From: Hormiphora californensis
Taxonomy: Eukaryota; Animalia; Ctenophora
Length of the DNA stretch: 64,000 bases
Direction of reading: 5' to 3'
NCBI GenBank assembly: GCA_020137815.1
Contig: CM035359.1
Coordinates: 7,502,001 to 7,566,000, forward strand
Both the position numbers and the translations under genes were made by a program. The notes below the pieces were generated by a model. The model did not search any database and was not told where the DNA came from. It saw only the letters and a list, made by a program, of their open reading frames with translations. Each line of letters begins with the position of its first letter. Positions within the stretch are counted from its first letter, which is position 1. Positions 46,652-60,472 of this stretch are shown in pieces.

Positions 46652-47628
46652 CACACAACTTGAGTGCAGGGGACCATATTGAAATGACGTCATCCCCGGC
46701 TCACACTGAGTTAACACAGTGTGATTGATGTTGCAAGGGGTGGCAGACGAAGTGTTTTTTGTACATCTAGTGTGAAGATCTCAAGATCAGATCAGAAAAG
46801 TTTGGATTGTTAATTTGGAATATACATAGTTGGCAGGTCCCCCGGTATCATACAGTGGGCCCGAGAGCAAGGACTTTAAAATGAGTTGAACTCAGAGTGA
46901 TATTGAATTGTGCTATGATCTAACGAGTACCATAAAGACATTTATATAATAACAACTGAACTAAGCTGTTCCATGGAATTAATGAATAATTGGTAAATCG
47001 GTGCAGATATTTAATTGGTCGTCCATTTTTAGATGTCAATATCTACCGGTTAATTACCCAATTATAATATTGTTTGTTTCAGTGATTTTTTATCAGATTA
47101 CTATTTTATGCTTTACTCGCGATTTTCAAAAACCCATCATTTCTTTTGTTATAGAATCTGAATCACTGTAACATACAAAATCAGCCATTTAAAATATCTG
47201 CCCATCCCTATTAGGAGTTCATTGCAAAATCACATTGTTGCGACCAATACAGTCTCTCTTCCCCCACCACCAATACCGCAATGACATCAACTTTCAAACC
47301 CGATAGATAGTGGCACTGCTCTATACCAATAGAGGGATAGAGCCATTACCATTACCATTAAATCACACTGCCTTACGTCAACTCTTTCATACCCGATTAT
47401 ATCGGGATCTCCCACGCTGCATACTTAACACAGTAACCAACTAGGGCGTGACCGACAGACAGCAGAACATACTGCTCCTCTAGCTACTGTCCGAATACAC
47501 AGTTGTTTCTTAGCGGAAGAATTCACCCCACACAATTGTAGCTTATACCAACTCAACTGTCCCAATCATGCGCTGCTCTGCCTAACAAACTCAGGACCAT
47601 CTCTCAAGAGAGCTACAAATTCCACTGC

Positions 47629-50600
47629 TCACACATGGACCTCTACTTTGTACTGTGCAGCAGGGTCAGGGGAGGAGGAACTGGATGTTGTAGGAAGAGC
47701 AGCTGAACATGCACGCTGTGAGGGTGGTTTCATCGCAGACTTTAGGTAGCCCAGGCGGGCACTGTTGATTATCACTGATAATGTTATACCTGGTGGGAGA
47801 GAATTATTATAGAATGGGAAGGGGGTGGGGGTAATAATAGTTATAATAGTAGTGAACGTGCCGAGTTAGTAAATAAAACTTTGTAAAACTATTGAATTTC
47901 AAAATATCGATAATTGCTCTCTCTCTCTTTATTACCTGGTAGGTAGACTAGGTTTGCATTAAATGGTTCCTCAGTCACGTAACTAATGAGGAACACAGTT
48001 ATGTGGCATAGCAGGAATGTCACCACGGCAACAGTATAATTCCTGACCCTGACATTTCGTGGTAGTGCGAAGTCAGTCATGTAGGATGCTTTTATTAGCA
48101 AGGCAGGGAGAAGGAAATTGGTGAAACCTGAAAAGAGCATGGTCAGTTAGAAATCATTGGTTTGGCTTCACACAATTACACCTGGTTAGGAGTTACATAT
48201 ATCATGGGGTTATATTGACTACAGCTTACCAAAAGTAGCATCCAAAGCGACTGAGCAGGGCCTCCCTGAACTCTCAAACAGTGGGATTCTGAATGCTATC
48301 ATGTTAGGTTCCTGGGCGTCCGGTAGAAACACTGCTCCCCCCTGAAAATAGGAAAGTACTGAGTAGGGTATCTTCTATTGTATTAGTCTGTCTGGCGGCG
48401 CCAACCCGATCTGAGTGCACCGTCGCACCGTCTTGAGAATCGCCTAAACCCCGAGAGAAAACCTCTTCCAGCTATTTTCAACTGTCTATTATAATACTTA
48501 CCGAAAAAGTATCAGGAAGTCGAGCTTGTACCGTCACGATATCAAGAAACTCTGCAGGTGCACCTGTTGCCATAGGAACTATCCATCGCTTAGCAACCGT
48601 TGCTATCACCCCAATTAATGTAAAACCTAGCATCTAGAATGAAAGTGGGGTGTTATTCAGTTATTGGCATACGCTGCATAGTGCATACCCCTGTACTGCA
48701 CCGGTTTCAAGGCTATCTTGTGTAACGCACTGTCTGGCGCCGCCGATGGACGACGTTACGATCTGGGTGTTTGGAGGCCTGTTTACGCTGCCACTAAAAT
48801 TGCCCTAACCGCCAAACCACACAACCTTTTTTGCTAATTCAAAGATTATCTGGTAAGAAATGTCAAGCCCTAGCCGGGCCCGAACCCGAACCCTAACCCT
48901 AACCCATACCCTAACCCTACTTTAGCCCTAACCCTAAAAATCGTTTGTCAGCATTCATCTAACACCCAGATTTTAACGCTGGCTTGGCAAACGCTTGGTA
49001 AGGCATCGCTTTTCAAAACGCTGGCCATCAAATTTGAGAGTCAAATCAAATTTGAGAATCAAATTTGAGAATAAAATCTAATTTTAATTCTAATTTTAAT
49101 TGGGGTATGGTGCCGCATACAGGTAACGCGCGAAATTATTTGTTTCATGTATGCGGCCGCGCGCATTGAAATGGAGAAAATTAAATTTTATGTCCAAAAA
49201 AGTTCATTTTTTGTTCATTTTTTGTTCATTTTTTGTTCATTTTTTGTTCATTTTTTGTTCATTTTTTGTTCATTTTTTGTTCATTTTGTCAAAAAAATTC
49301 AAACCCGACATCATATGACTGGCCTAGACGTCCACGGTTACCGTCCACCCTAAAGCAATTCAGATGGAAATATCTAGAACTAGAACTCTTACCTTGGCTA
49401 TGCAGTTCACTGGGGCATATCGGATAGGGACGACACCGACAAAACACAACATAATGACTTGAAGGGGCCAAATATTCAGCTCCTGTCGGTAGAAAAACCA
49501 GAGACCAAAGATGGCCGTACCACATATCAGTACTGATATCTTCTGAAAAGGTATGAAATTAGATTTTAACAATTAGAACTCAAAGACCAAATTTTTGTAT
49601 CTAGACACAAACAAATACAAAATGTTTTTGTTTTAGTCAATAACCTTTACCCCCTTCTTGTTTTACCTCAACTCCCCACTTGTCAACCCACACATCAGGT
49701 GTTATTATTACCTCAACAGTCCAGTAAGTCTTGTTGACGATACGGATGTAGGTGACGGCAGTAAGGACTATTAGTGGAAATACAGCATGGTAAAATCCTA
49801 CTATCGCTAGAAGACACAGGAACGCGGCGAAGGAGGACTGGAACAATATAGGCTTTGCAAGGTAACCTGGGGAGAGGGAGTTGGTTAACACTGGGGAGAG
49901 GGATTTGGTACTTAGTTAACACTGGGGAGAGGTAGGTGGTATTTTGGAGCTTGTAAACTATGTATTCGTTATATTTAATGCTTGTGAAACCAAATGTTAT
50001 GTAAGTACATAATATCTAATTAAGGTATCGTGTCTTACCAATGCATAGTACAGTTAGTATGATGAAGAATACCACAAGGAATGTCACTAGGCCAGTTTTA
50101 GTATTTAGACACGCAGGATGACGGGATACAGTGTGCTTCTCCAGTAGCCCCCTTCCTGCCTCAATCAACACTGCACTGAAATATAATGGAGGGTGATCTG
50201 TTAGTTGCAGAGAATCTGTGTGTTGAATATTGATTTACAAACTGATCGACTGTTATCAGATCTGAGACTCTGTTTGTTTTTTCTGCAGATGTTATACATG
50301 TACCTGACTGTCACGTAGATGAGTGAGACGAAGTACATGACAATAGCACCCCAGTAGACTCGGTGAATAACCATACTTCTACTCTCATACCTCCCACCTA
50401 TCTCAACACCACCGTGAACCTAAAAATAAATTGAATTTTAATTGAATTTATATTCTATAAAACGGAAAATTCAATGGAGCATTTGAAATGAAAAGGCTTC
50501 TAAAATTAAAGTTTCATTCACCTGTAAAATTAAATAAGGTTTCCGCTCCTCTAAAAATGTCTCCAACTCGGGTGAGAAGGGTGATTTGATTAAAACTACA

Positions 50601-51202
50601 CTTCCCTGAAGCAAGAGTGGGAAATTATAAAGGTGGATTAATAACTTGTTTATTATCCGAACCAAGTGAAGTTGTATCTCCCTAAACTTATGATTTCACC
50701 ATGCAAATTTTATGAAACAGACAATAATTCCACTATTTAGACTCAGAACTCAAACCATGGTGAACTCACTGGCTGTATGTTAGAAACATTACATTTCTCT
50801 TCGTCAAATAGAACTGCTGCTGCTGCGGAGGTCTCCGATTGATAACCATCCTCGATACAATCCTGCACGAAGAAGGTCCTGCTCCCTATTGTTTTACTGA
50901 AATATGGGAGGAATTATTATTATTATATTTGGCTACATTCTACCATATTCATGATCAATGCACCTTTACTATGGAGTTAGCAAACTCAGGATCCGTCTAT
51001 CTAGACAACTACAACATACTGTATCGGGGGAATTATATTATCCCGGTAAATTGGGGTCCTACTGTACATACTTTGTCCAAGTAGATCGTGTAGCTACACA
51101 CAACTCCTCAGCCCTCTCTCCATCCCCAGAGTTCAGAAGAGTTAAAACACCCAACTCCTCTGCTGACACCGTGCTGATAACCAGAACTAGCAACCAGTAC
51201 AT
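47629..51202 (-). CDS. Signal peptide peptidase-like 2 (SPPL2, A22B) homologue lacking catalytic residues; 11 coding exons (approx. 51202-51072, 50896-50770, 50605-50522, 50419-50304, 50176-50039, 49866-49713, 49542-49393, 48633-48502, 48341-48230, 48127-47935, 47789-47629)
   Basis: Signal peptide, short luminal PA-like region, ~9 TMs; EPNMIAFRIP...RPC...GFTNFLLPALLIKASYMTD aligns gap-free to EKLPVVIRVP...C...GFGDILVPGLLVAYCHRFD; FNANLVYLP sits at the QPALLYLVP position. Confidence 0.8.
48730..49122. mobile_element. 393-bp member of the CTGTCTGG...CATACAG family containing (CCCTAA)n telomere-like repeats
   Basis: Flanks GTAACGCA / GTAACGCG; CCCTAA array at ~48890-48937. Confidence 0.65.
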
Positions 51203-51412
51203 GACACTGGAAATACAGTTTATAGTGGCTCCCTAATTAGTTGTAGAATGGGAACATCGGGAATAAAATACTGTTTAGTAGACTGAGACAAGCTGAAGTT
51301 TTGCAAGCTGAAGTTTTAGACGAATTACAAGCTGCAAATTGAGGCTGAGCTACTAACACAAACCCGGTGTACGCTGCAAAGTGACACAGACCAGTAGACT
51401 TTGCATAAGTTG

Positions 51413-51965
51413 CGGGGGGGGATCAACATTTAACTTTGTGACACTCATGCCAGTTAGGGTGGGTGGGTGTACGAGGGGTCCGGCAGTTAAGTTGTACACT
51501 TAACTGCCTAAAAATAGGGGGTCTAGGGGTGTTTATATGGTGAAAATTAAAATAACTGCTCTAAATGGCCGATTTTTTGAAGTTTTCAACCCCCTTTTTC
51601 GCGCGCTCGTTATTTTTTGCGCGCCTATCACATGTGTGTGGCGAATATTTTTTACGCATGTCACTCTAAGTGTCTCATACTAACCAATTCGGAATTCGGA
51701 TCCGTTACCTAAACTGGTCTGTATTGTTCTTAGTTGATGGCAGTTGATTTTAGACACAATATATAAGTCTCTCCGTGTCTTTCGTGCTATTTTTAGCTCC
51801 CTTTTAGCTAGATTTGGGGGGTGGGTCTACATTTTCAGATGTGGCGGCAGTTAAATGTGGGACTTAAGTGCAAAATATGTGGGGGGTGGTGGGTGTCAAA
51901 AAAATTTTGAAAATTTGGCAGTTATCGGCATGAGTATCATGCAGTTAAGTGTTGATCCCCCCCCG
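51413..51965. mobile_element. 553-bp TIR element with G-run termini in the probable 5' UTR intron of the SPPL2-like gene
   Basis: CGGGGGGGGATCAACA ... TGTTGATCCCCCCCCG; direct repeat TAAGTTG on both sides (7 bp perfect, or 9 bp with 2 mismatches as in MULEs). Confidence 0.8.
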
Positions 51966-53008
51966 TAAGTTGTGGAATTCTGCTACTCACAAATCATATG
52001 AATTACGAGTCATACCACAAAATTGTTACAAATTGTCTTATCTCTCCCTGTGCTGCTGCAGAGGGAGGCGAGTAAGGGTAAGGAAAGGTCTCAAATTGCT
52101 CTTTTTAGAGAAATAAACACGGGTAAACTGTGATTGATAAAATATGATTGATAAAAGCTCGGATAATAAAAGCATTGTCCGACACTAAATGCATTGTGAA
52201 TTAGAAACGATGATATGGTTTGGGCGAGTTATAAATGACAATCTGCTACTTCCAAGCCAATTTCAGCTGCGAGTCACAATTCTGTTGGACGGAAATAGAA
52301 CCTCTCCAGAAAGAGATTTAACTCCAGTCAAAATTTCAGATGTTTAGAAAATTACGATTTCCGCACCGAAAAGATTTAACTTTTCAACATCATCAAACTC
52401 AGTTAGATATGTTAAAAGCTATACTAAAAGCACTCTATCCGACTCAAAATAAAACTGGAGCAATTTATGATCAGCGGCTTGTATTCATGTTGTACATAAT
52501 TGCAATATAAGAGCTCTTGTATACACTCGCATATAAGTACATGACTAGAGACATTGGTAGGGTCTATTTTTGTAACAACTATAACTGCAATGGTACAACG
52601 ATTATACTCATAATTATAAAATTGTTATAGTGAAAGATAAGATTATGAACTAAAAACAAAAAACAAATTATCAATAAATTAGCAGCTCATCACCATTCAC
52701 AATTGATTGCCTCACTGGTTTTTTGTTCTTTTTCCCTCCACAATTTATCTAATCACCAAGAACCTGGTAATTCTGCAGTTGTTTCAAACCCATGGAGCCT
52801 TTAAATCAGAGTACACCAGTTGTAGTTGATAAAAGTTTGAAACTCATAGTGGTGATGGATAAATGCTAAATCAAGAGGTCAAATGAACTAAACTTTATAA
52901 CTGTATGTCAAATTCCCAGACGTGGGATCATGATAAAGAGCAGTTTCCCAAGAAGCTGAGTCTCTTCTCACCACAATATGTGAACTAATGAGCTTTATGA
53001 GCAGCTGC

Positions 53009-53123
<115 letters not shown>

Positions 53124-53629
53124 CCTCTTTTTCGCTTGCCAACTTTAAGGAAGAGATACAACTCTTAAGCAATATGCAACATATATTGGCCTTTAGATCA
53201 AACTATGTTCAAATTAGTTTCACGCAACACAGTCAATATACAAGTTCAATGCTCCAGGCCATTAAATATAGGTCTGCAGGAGATAAGAATGAGTTTGTCA
53301 GCAGTAAACAGCTGGTGTGTTGACAAGATAAAACTTGGAATTCGGCCAACAACAAACTGTATAAAGTTCTATGTGTTGTGCAAGTTCTGCAGGGATAGCA
53401 GGTGAAATAGTCAGTTGCTGTCAGATCATTGGCCTGACAGGTCAGTTTGCATGAAATTGTGAAAAAAGTTGAGATACTTTTCTCGCCCAATTGAGACGCC
53501 TTGTCGAATGTAGAAATTAGCACCGAACAGGGTTGATACACAGGACTTTCCTAATTTATCCAATATAAATGAGTGAGAGAATGTGAGAAACTGGGAGGCT
53601 TGAGCGCCCCAAAAACAATATACGACTAT

Positions 53630-53809
53630 CAGTGCTGCTTGTAGTCAAATTACCGTAATGAAAATACAGTAAGGAGACGCGCACGGTGCATAACGCGCGG
53701 CAAAAAGTTCATGTGTCAGCACGTACTAGCCCCCTGATTGGTCACGGTTGCGCGTCGTCTTACTGTATCTTCGTTTTCCATTACCGTTTTCCCACTACAA
53801 GCGACCGTG
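53630..53809. mobile_element. ~180-bp MITE-like dispersed repeat, copy 2
   Basis: Closely similar to 41319-41499. Confidence 0.75.
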
Positions 53810-53922
53810 TAAAGGGGGGATGGTAGAAAAAAATGGAGTGAAACACATGCCCAAAACTAAATAATATGTAAAACCACCATAGAGCCGGCAGAGTGCCAAG
53901 CAAAAAGAAAACTATTAAACTA

Positions 53923-53939
<17 letters not shown>

Positions 53940-53960
<21 letters not shown>

Positions 53961-54680
53961 AAGACAAGATTTAAAAGTTTAAACTTCCTGATTTTAAGAT
54001 CCCCACTTTCTTCCAATTTGTCAGGTTAATGCATAAATACACGGATTTCGTAAAGGTCTTTCGGGGAAAAAGGGATTGGGTTTACAAAAGCGATTCGGGT
54101 TTTTAAAAAAAGGTTTAGAAAAGTAGGAGGAGAGAAGGAGCGGAGAGGGATAGTCCTGAAGGGAGAATTCCCCTTTGGGGGTTTCCCCTCCCCCCATTTT
54201 TTTTCCAAATTTCTCTCCTCTCTTCTCTCTCTTCTTCCTCGTCTTTTCACTTTTCCCCTAAAAAAAAATTTTCTCCTCTCTTTAATTAATAGAGGGTTAG
54301 AGTCGTAAAAAGGGGAAAAATTGGTAAACTTTCCCCAATGTATAAGGGAAATAGCCCCCAGGAAAATTTGATTAAATTGACCTTTACAAAAGGAAATGAA
54401 ATTTTCAATAGGAATGGTGAGTTTAGTGCCAGTTGCAACTCACATCATGAAAGTTGACACGTCTTGTTGTTCTTAGAAGTCCAACAAATGCAACAAAGTT
54501 AAAAAAGCATTAATGGGGGGGGGGGGGGTGTCCCGCCCTAAAAAGCTAAAGGTACCCTGATTTTGGTCTTTGGCCTTTTTTAGCTTTTAACAAAGCTTAA
54601 AAAGCTAAAAAAGGTTTTCGTGCACCTCTCACTTTAAAGTACCCTAATTTTGGCCGATGGGTTAGCTTTTTTTAGGGCTG
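53940..54680. other. Probable low-accuracy consensus region
   Basis: Homopolymer inflation next to GA repeats. Confidence 0.5.
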
Positions 54681-54838
54681 GACCAAAGTTTTGTATGCAG
54701 ACAAATGACGTAGAGTAGCAGTAGCAGTTGTATTGTGCAATAGCAATAATCTACTAAGTTAGTTCTCTATAGTATATTTAATACTGATCCTCATAGGCAC
54801 CTGCACATGATAATTCTCTCTATCTCTCTCTCTCTCTC

Positions 54839-54912
<74 letters not shown>

Positions 54913-57900
54913 CCTTCCTCGTTATCATCACCTAGCAGCCGCCCACACAATTATCATCATTCAACAAGAGGCACACAGCACACCCTACTGGAAATGAGCC
55001 AGGGAGAGAGAGAATAATATAAAAAACTTGAGTGGTTCAAACATGCATGCACCGAGGGGCGCATGTGCATGATAGATACATGTGATATAATGTGTAACAT
55101 AAGACAAAGTTAGCTGTAGGTTTTACTGCGGTGAATCACGCACAGCAAAACAGAATATATGCATAGGGCAGTGCAAAACGCGGCACAAAGAGACACTGTA
55201 AAAACTGCGGTATATGAGTGTTTGTTTCTGTAGAGAGAGTGGGAGGGAGAGAGGGGAGAGAGAAGAAAGAAACTGGTCCTATACGTCGCTTGAATACTTA
55301 CTACGCCTTTTTGACCGAATGCGACATGGGAGAGGGAGAAAGAGAGAAACTGTGAAATTGAGACACATGGAAACTGCAGACTAGTGTATGTGCAATTTCA
55401 TTTGTCAAACACCCTGCTGCCATGCCAGAGAGAAAAGTCAAGCTCCCAAGTGTCGCATACAGACAGACTCCAACACCGTGTGAGAGAGCTGAGAGAGAGA
55501 AAGAGACAGTGCCGGATGTGATATACGCGAATTGCCTGTGTTGCAAGTGGGTGTGTGCACTGTGTGCATATTCAGTGTTTCTATGTGAAAGGTGCAAGAG
55601 AGAGGGGGCGGTTCTACTACAGGGGTAACCCGGCAACTCGCCCTTGTGTCGAATGAGAAGAGTGCATGAGCAGCAAGATGGAAAAGAGCAATGAAATTGT
55701 GCTCTGTATTCTTCCTCACTACCCGCTATATATCACCTCACCTAAAGAGGTGCACCCTTCAGTAGATTGTACACAGTATAATGTTGTGATTAGCAATTAG
55801 TAAGTGGCCGGAAGTGGCCTTTTATTTTATGAATATAGTTGTTAACATTTCCTGTATCCCGGTATCAAATCATTTAAAATGTAAAACAAATCGCAACTTC
55901 AATGGAAAGAGAGAAGGGCAATGTACAGTAACAATAAATATTGTACTCTACTGCAAGAGTTATAAAGGAATATTTTTAGAAATCTCATGTGGGGCTTTAA
56001 ATAAAACTCTTTTATTGTGTCCCTCAGCTGTGATAATATATATGGATATTTTAGGAGTTTTTAGAAAGATAGTTAAATTTTAGGAGTGTTAGAGAGAGAG
56101 AAAGTGAGTTATTATATTCAAAAAGCTCAAGATGTAGATTAACAAACAGCTGTGATTCAACTTGTTTCTCGTGTAGATAGCTTGCGAACAACGAAAACAA
56201 TGGAGTGCAACAATCAACATATATCTCTTTTCACCAAGATGTTATTATATGCATAGCACCACAACATAATATGTATGTGGGCGAGAGGGATAGGGATACA
56301 GATCAGAGATGGAAAGAGATAGAGCGATCAGAGAGGGATTGAGATAGACAGATAAAGATCAGCGAGAGAGAATATGTATGGATCAGAGTGGATAAATATA
56401 GAAAGCAAGCTAATGGAGCGCACTAGCTGCATACAGACTTCTAGGGAAAATTTGCATTTGTGACTTGAATCTTCGAGATAAATGGCATATTATTATCTAT
56501 AAGAAAATATAACTCGAAATGAAGCTGTTGTGTAGAACTTGATATGAAATTGTGACTTGAGACCCTTCAGATATATTTGAAGTATCACTAAAACACTTAG
56601 ACAGTTGGTAATGTTAGTAAAGGTACACATTATACATCATCAATACAAGCTGTGTTGGAACTAACTGTGACCTCAAACTCACAGCAAGGGGGGATCACAG
56701 CTAGTGGGGGGGATCTTTCAAGAATCTTCTTCTTGAAGCTGACCTTTATAGGAGGCTGCACATTCTACTGAGTATATTTCATCTCTAAATTATCCCTCCT
56801 CACGTGCCCCTCAACAAATTCCATGTTAATTATTTATTCTCACAGGACAGGAGGCTTCCTCTGCCCCTCCCAGTATGTCGTCTAACCCTTCATAGTGAGA
56901 GAAGGCATGCCCCTCCCGTCTAGCTCTTAGTTTTCAATCAGCTCCCCATGTGGTGAGAGAAGTTCCAGCATGTCGTCTAGCTACACTCTTGGCTCATCAA
57001 ATTATTATGTAGAGTAAACTAGTTCTGTACAGCCTACAGGTGCTACCGACGTGTGGGAATGAATATATTCAGATATATACAGAGCAAAGGTGAACAATGA
57101 ACAATGTAAGCTTCGGAGATTTCACAAAAATGAAGGTTAGTACCTACGTGATGTGTGAGAAACAAAATAAAAAACGTTGGTTTGTAAAAATTTGACTGAA
57201 ATATAAAGTAGATTGGTTTCACGCTGGTCACAGTGTGTCAGCTCTATGTTCACGCCATACAAAGACAGACACAATTCAAAATTAAATGCAATATTGCAAT
57301 AGTAAAATCTTCCCAATCGTTATCAATTTTATTCCTAAAGTCAAGATTCTTGTAATTTCCCTCTTACAGCACACGTTTTCACCAAATAATTTTTCACTTC
57401 GTTTAAGTCTCACTTTGTTACTCAACAAGTCTCACTAGGATTGAAGTCATCAAGTGTTAGTTACGACTGAACCTTTGAAAGTTCGCTCATCTCCAGTCGA
57501 ACCTGGGCGATCTGATCTTCTAAAGCCACGGCCTTCCCTCGTCCCGGCTGTAGGCCACATCTCTCACCACCTGATACTCGAAATTAGGGGGTTAAACTTG
57601 GACTGAACACATTGATACATTTAGGGGGACTTACACTTCACAGTACATGATGATTGATGCTTTTTGCTTTTACAAATAGTTACAATTATACGTAAATGCT
57701 ACGGGGATACATGTATAACATACACTGTGCTGGTGCTTTTTAAAACATCGAAATGCTTGATATCCTCCTGATTATATTATTCCTCTGGTATATGAGATGT
57801 GTATTAAATACAGATGTTACAGTTTCTGTCTTCTGGTGCAGTATTACACGACTTGTTTTACAGATCTGCTGGGATCTTGATCCTCTTGTTGAAGAGAAAG

Positions 57901-58495
57901 AGGGTAAAATTATCGTCAGATATTAATAAAATCGATACGACAAAACTGTTGAGGCAGAGAAAAATGAATCATCAGAGTAATCGATGTAAAATCAACAAGA
58001 AAAAAGTTTAAATATAATGCCCTAAATCTAACACCATCTATAGAAAGCCTTTCAGACTGCTGTAAATTGAAATATGGCCCATAAAAAGAAGCCCCTCCGA
58101 TCTGAAGGGACAACTCTTTTTCTGGGCTGTTTCAACATCATTTATAGCCTGGCCATGATAGTGCTGGTACCTAAGGTACAAGCACGTGGCTGTTGTCTTG
58201 CTAAATAGCAGCTTTTTAAACCCTCAGCTCACATCACATAATTGTAGCAGGCCTCTAGTAAAATGAGCTACCATACACGAAGCAGTAGTCATAAAATTGC
58301 TTCCCGATATATAATTAGCAAACCGAAAAACATCCAGTGCTTCAAATCAATTCCCGCTGCTTTGAATTATCAATCCCGTTAAATACAAGAGTGTGTGTCA
58401 AATGGAGTCCGTTTTATAGTTTCTAATCGATAGAGATAACCCAAAATTGTAGCGCAAACAAACACATTAAATGCTGATCATCAAGAGGGTTGATT

Positions 58496-59241
58496 TCACT
58501 CACTCGTTATTAGTTTCACAAAGGCTTCGTAGTTAATTTCACCGTTTGGCTCCAAGTTGCCCTCGGCAAACATTCGCTCAATTTCCTCCTCTGAAAGTAT
58601 AGTTGTGTTTATGAAGGAGCAATGGAATGTTTGATTAAGGAGCGAATGGTGAAAACTTAGTTTAGATACCTGTTAGTTGTTCTCCTAGGGTCGATAAAAT
58701 ATGAACCAATTCAGTAACGCTTATCATACCGTCTCCCCTCTTATCAAATACTCTGTGAGAAACAAGGTGAGCTTTGGAAATTACTGCTCTAGAGTCAGCT
58801 AAATCTCATCGGAAGCAATTATGTATATACATTTTATTAGCGTTTCGAGGCTTATTCCAATTAAATGGACTAACTTGAAAGCTTCTTTGAGTTCTGCAGC
58901 TGGGTTGTCATCGTTTTCTTTAAAATGTTTCGAAACAATACCAAGAAAATCACCAAAATCTATTTCCGTTTTACCCTCTCGCTTCAGTTCCGCCTCAATG
59001 GCCTGCATATCACTTTTACTGGGGTTATGGCCTGACAAAGATTATGTCAATCAGAGAATTTTATATGAAATATTAGGGAAATCCATACCCACTTTCTTAT
59101 GACTTTAATAATTTACCAACCTAATGATCGGACAATAGTTCCCAGTTCCTCAACCGGAACAGCTCCACTACTTTTAACATCAAACAGAGAGAATGCCTCC
59201 CTGAATTCATCGAGCTGGGCCTTACTGAAGTTCTCTGCCAT
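58496..59241 (-). CDS. Calmodulin-like / myosin essential light chain-like four-EF-hand protein (~150 aa); exons 59241-59121, 59031-58875, 58752-58670, 58590-58496
   Basis: MAENFSKAQLDEFREAFSLFD...ELGTIVRSLGHNPS...IDFGDFL...[42 protein letters not shown]...NGEINYEAFVK; EF loops 1, 2 and 4 are degenerate, so it is not canonical calmodulin. Confidence 0.9.
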
Positions 59242-59599
59242 GTTTTTCTCTGCCTGTTTGAATGGATTCAATCAAAAGTTTGATATGTAGCTGAAAAAAC
59301 AACTTTTAAAAACAAATGAGAGTGCTCAAAGAAAAAGTTTGATTAAAAACCATTGCATGTCTTCCCTCATATAGAGAGAGAGAGAGTGTGTGTGTGCACC
59401 ATGTGTAAACTAAGCAAAGAGAGGGGCCGGGGTTTTGACACACCGCATAGTTGATGATAGGAACTAGAATATTATAGGCTACAAGTTATAATACATGATC
59501 GAGTAGTGGGTAAACAAAACTACTAGGTTGCTATCAATTGGACAAGAACGGAATTATAACTTTAGGTTGAAAAGTTAGGTTAAGTACTAAATAGTTTTA

Positions 59600-60472
59600 C
59601 AGTCGGACCCCGATTTAACGGCACCCTCGGGGGAAAGGGTTTTGTCCGTTAAATCGGGGTGTCCGTTAAATCGGGGTAGAGCATATTTTGGCCCATAAAA
59701 CCCTATTTTTGTCCAAAATACTATACTATACTATACCTCTAAGTAAATGCACTGTCCATGTATTGATTACATGATCATTTCTGATTAGAAAAAAAAATAA
59801 TTTAAAAATTTTTTTTCAAAGTTATAAAATTTTTCTAAGGTACGTGTACTGGTCCGTACCGCGTCCGAATCGTATATCGAATCAGTGCATCTTATCGCAT
59901 GTCTTGCTGCTAATTAGACGGTTCGAAACGAACCGATACGTGATACCATGCCGAATCGGGGCACTTTAAGCGGGGTGAGGAAGAATTCGAATTTCAAAAT
60001 ATCTTTTTCTCTGAAAATTCATGGGGAGCACCGATCAAAGCATTGACAATCATTCTGTAAAATTTTCCAAAAAAAAGTTATGAAAATTTTTCAAAGATAT
60101 ATCAACCACGTCCGAATCGTGTTTCGAATCAGTGCATCTTATCACACGTCCTGTCGCTAATTAGACGGTTCGAAACGAACCGATACGTGATCCCCATGGG
60201 GCCAGTTTAACAAGCGTCAAAATTGCGATTCGATGAGCCTCATGGGGATCACATATCTGTTCGTTTCGAACCGTCTAATTACGGGTAAGACATATGTACA
60301 ATATAATAATAAGATGCACCGATTCGAAACACGATTCGGACGAGGTTGAAACACCTTTGAAAATTTTCAAAAAATTTTCAAAAAAATTTTCAAAAAATTG
60401 TTGGGGGAAATTTATCCTGCCGTTAAATCGGGGTGCCGCTAAATCGGGGGCCGTTAAATCGGGGTCCGACTG
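59600..60472. mobile_element. pogo/Tc1-like MITE, same family as 40150-41005, opposite orientation
   Basis: TA|CAGTCGGACCCCGATTTAACGG ... CCGTTAAATCGGGGTCCGACTG|TA. Confidence 0.9.

Noticed and set aside
57460-58140. Possible minus-strand exons (…ALEDQIAQVRLEMSELSKVQS*)
   Set aside because: Could not build a consistent in-phase gene model or recognise a family.
58496-59241. Calling this gene calmodulin, or linking it functionally to the IQ-motif gene
   Set aside because: Too divergent, with degenerate EF loops; 22 kb separation gives no evidence of linkage.
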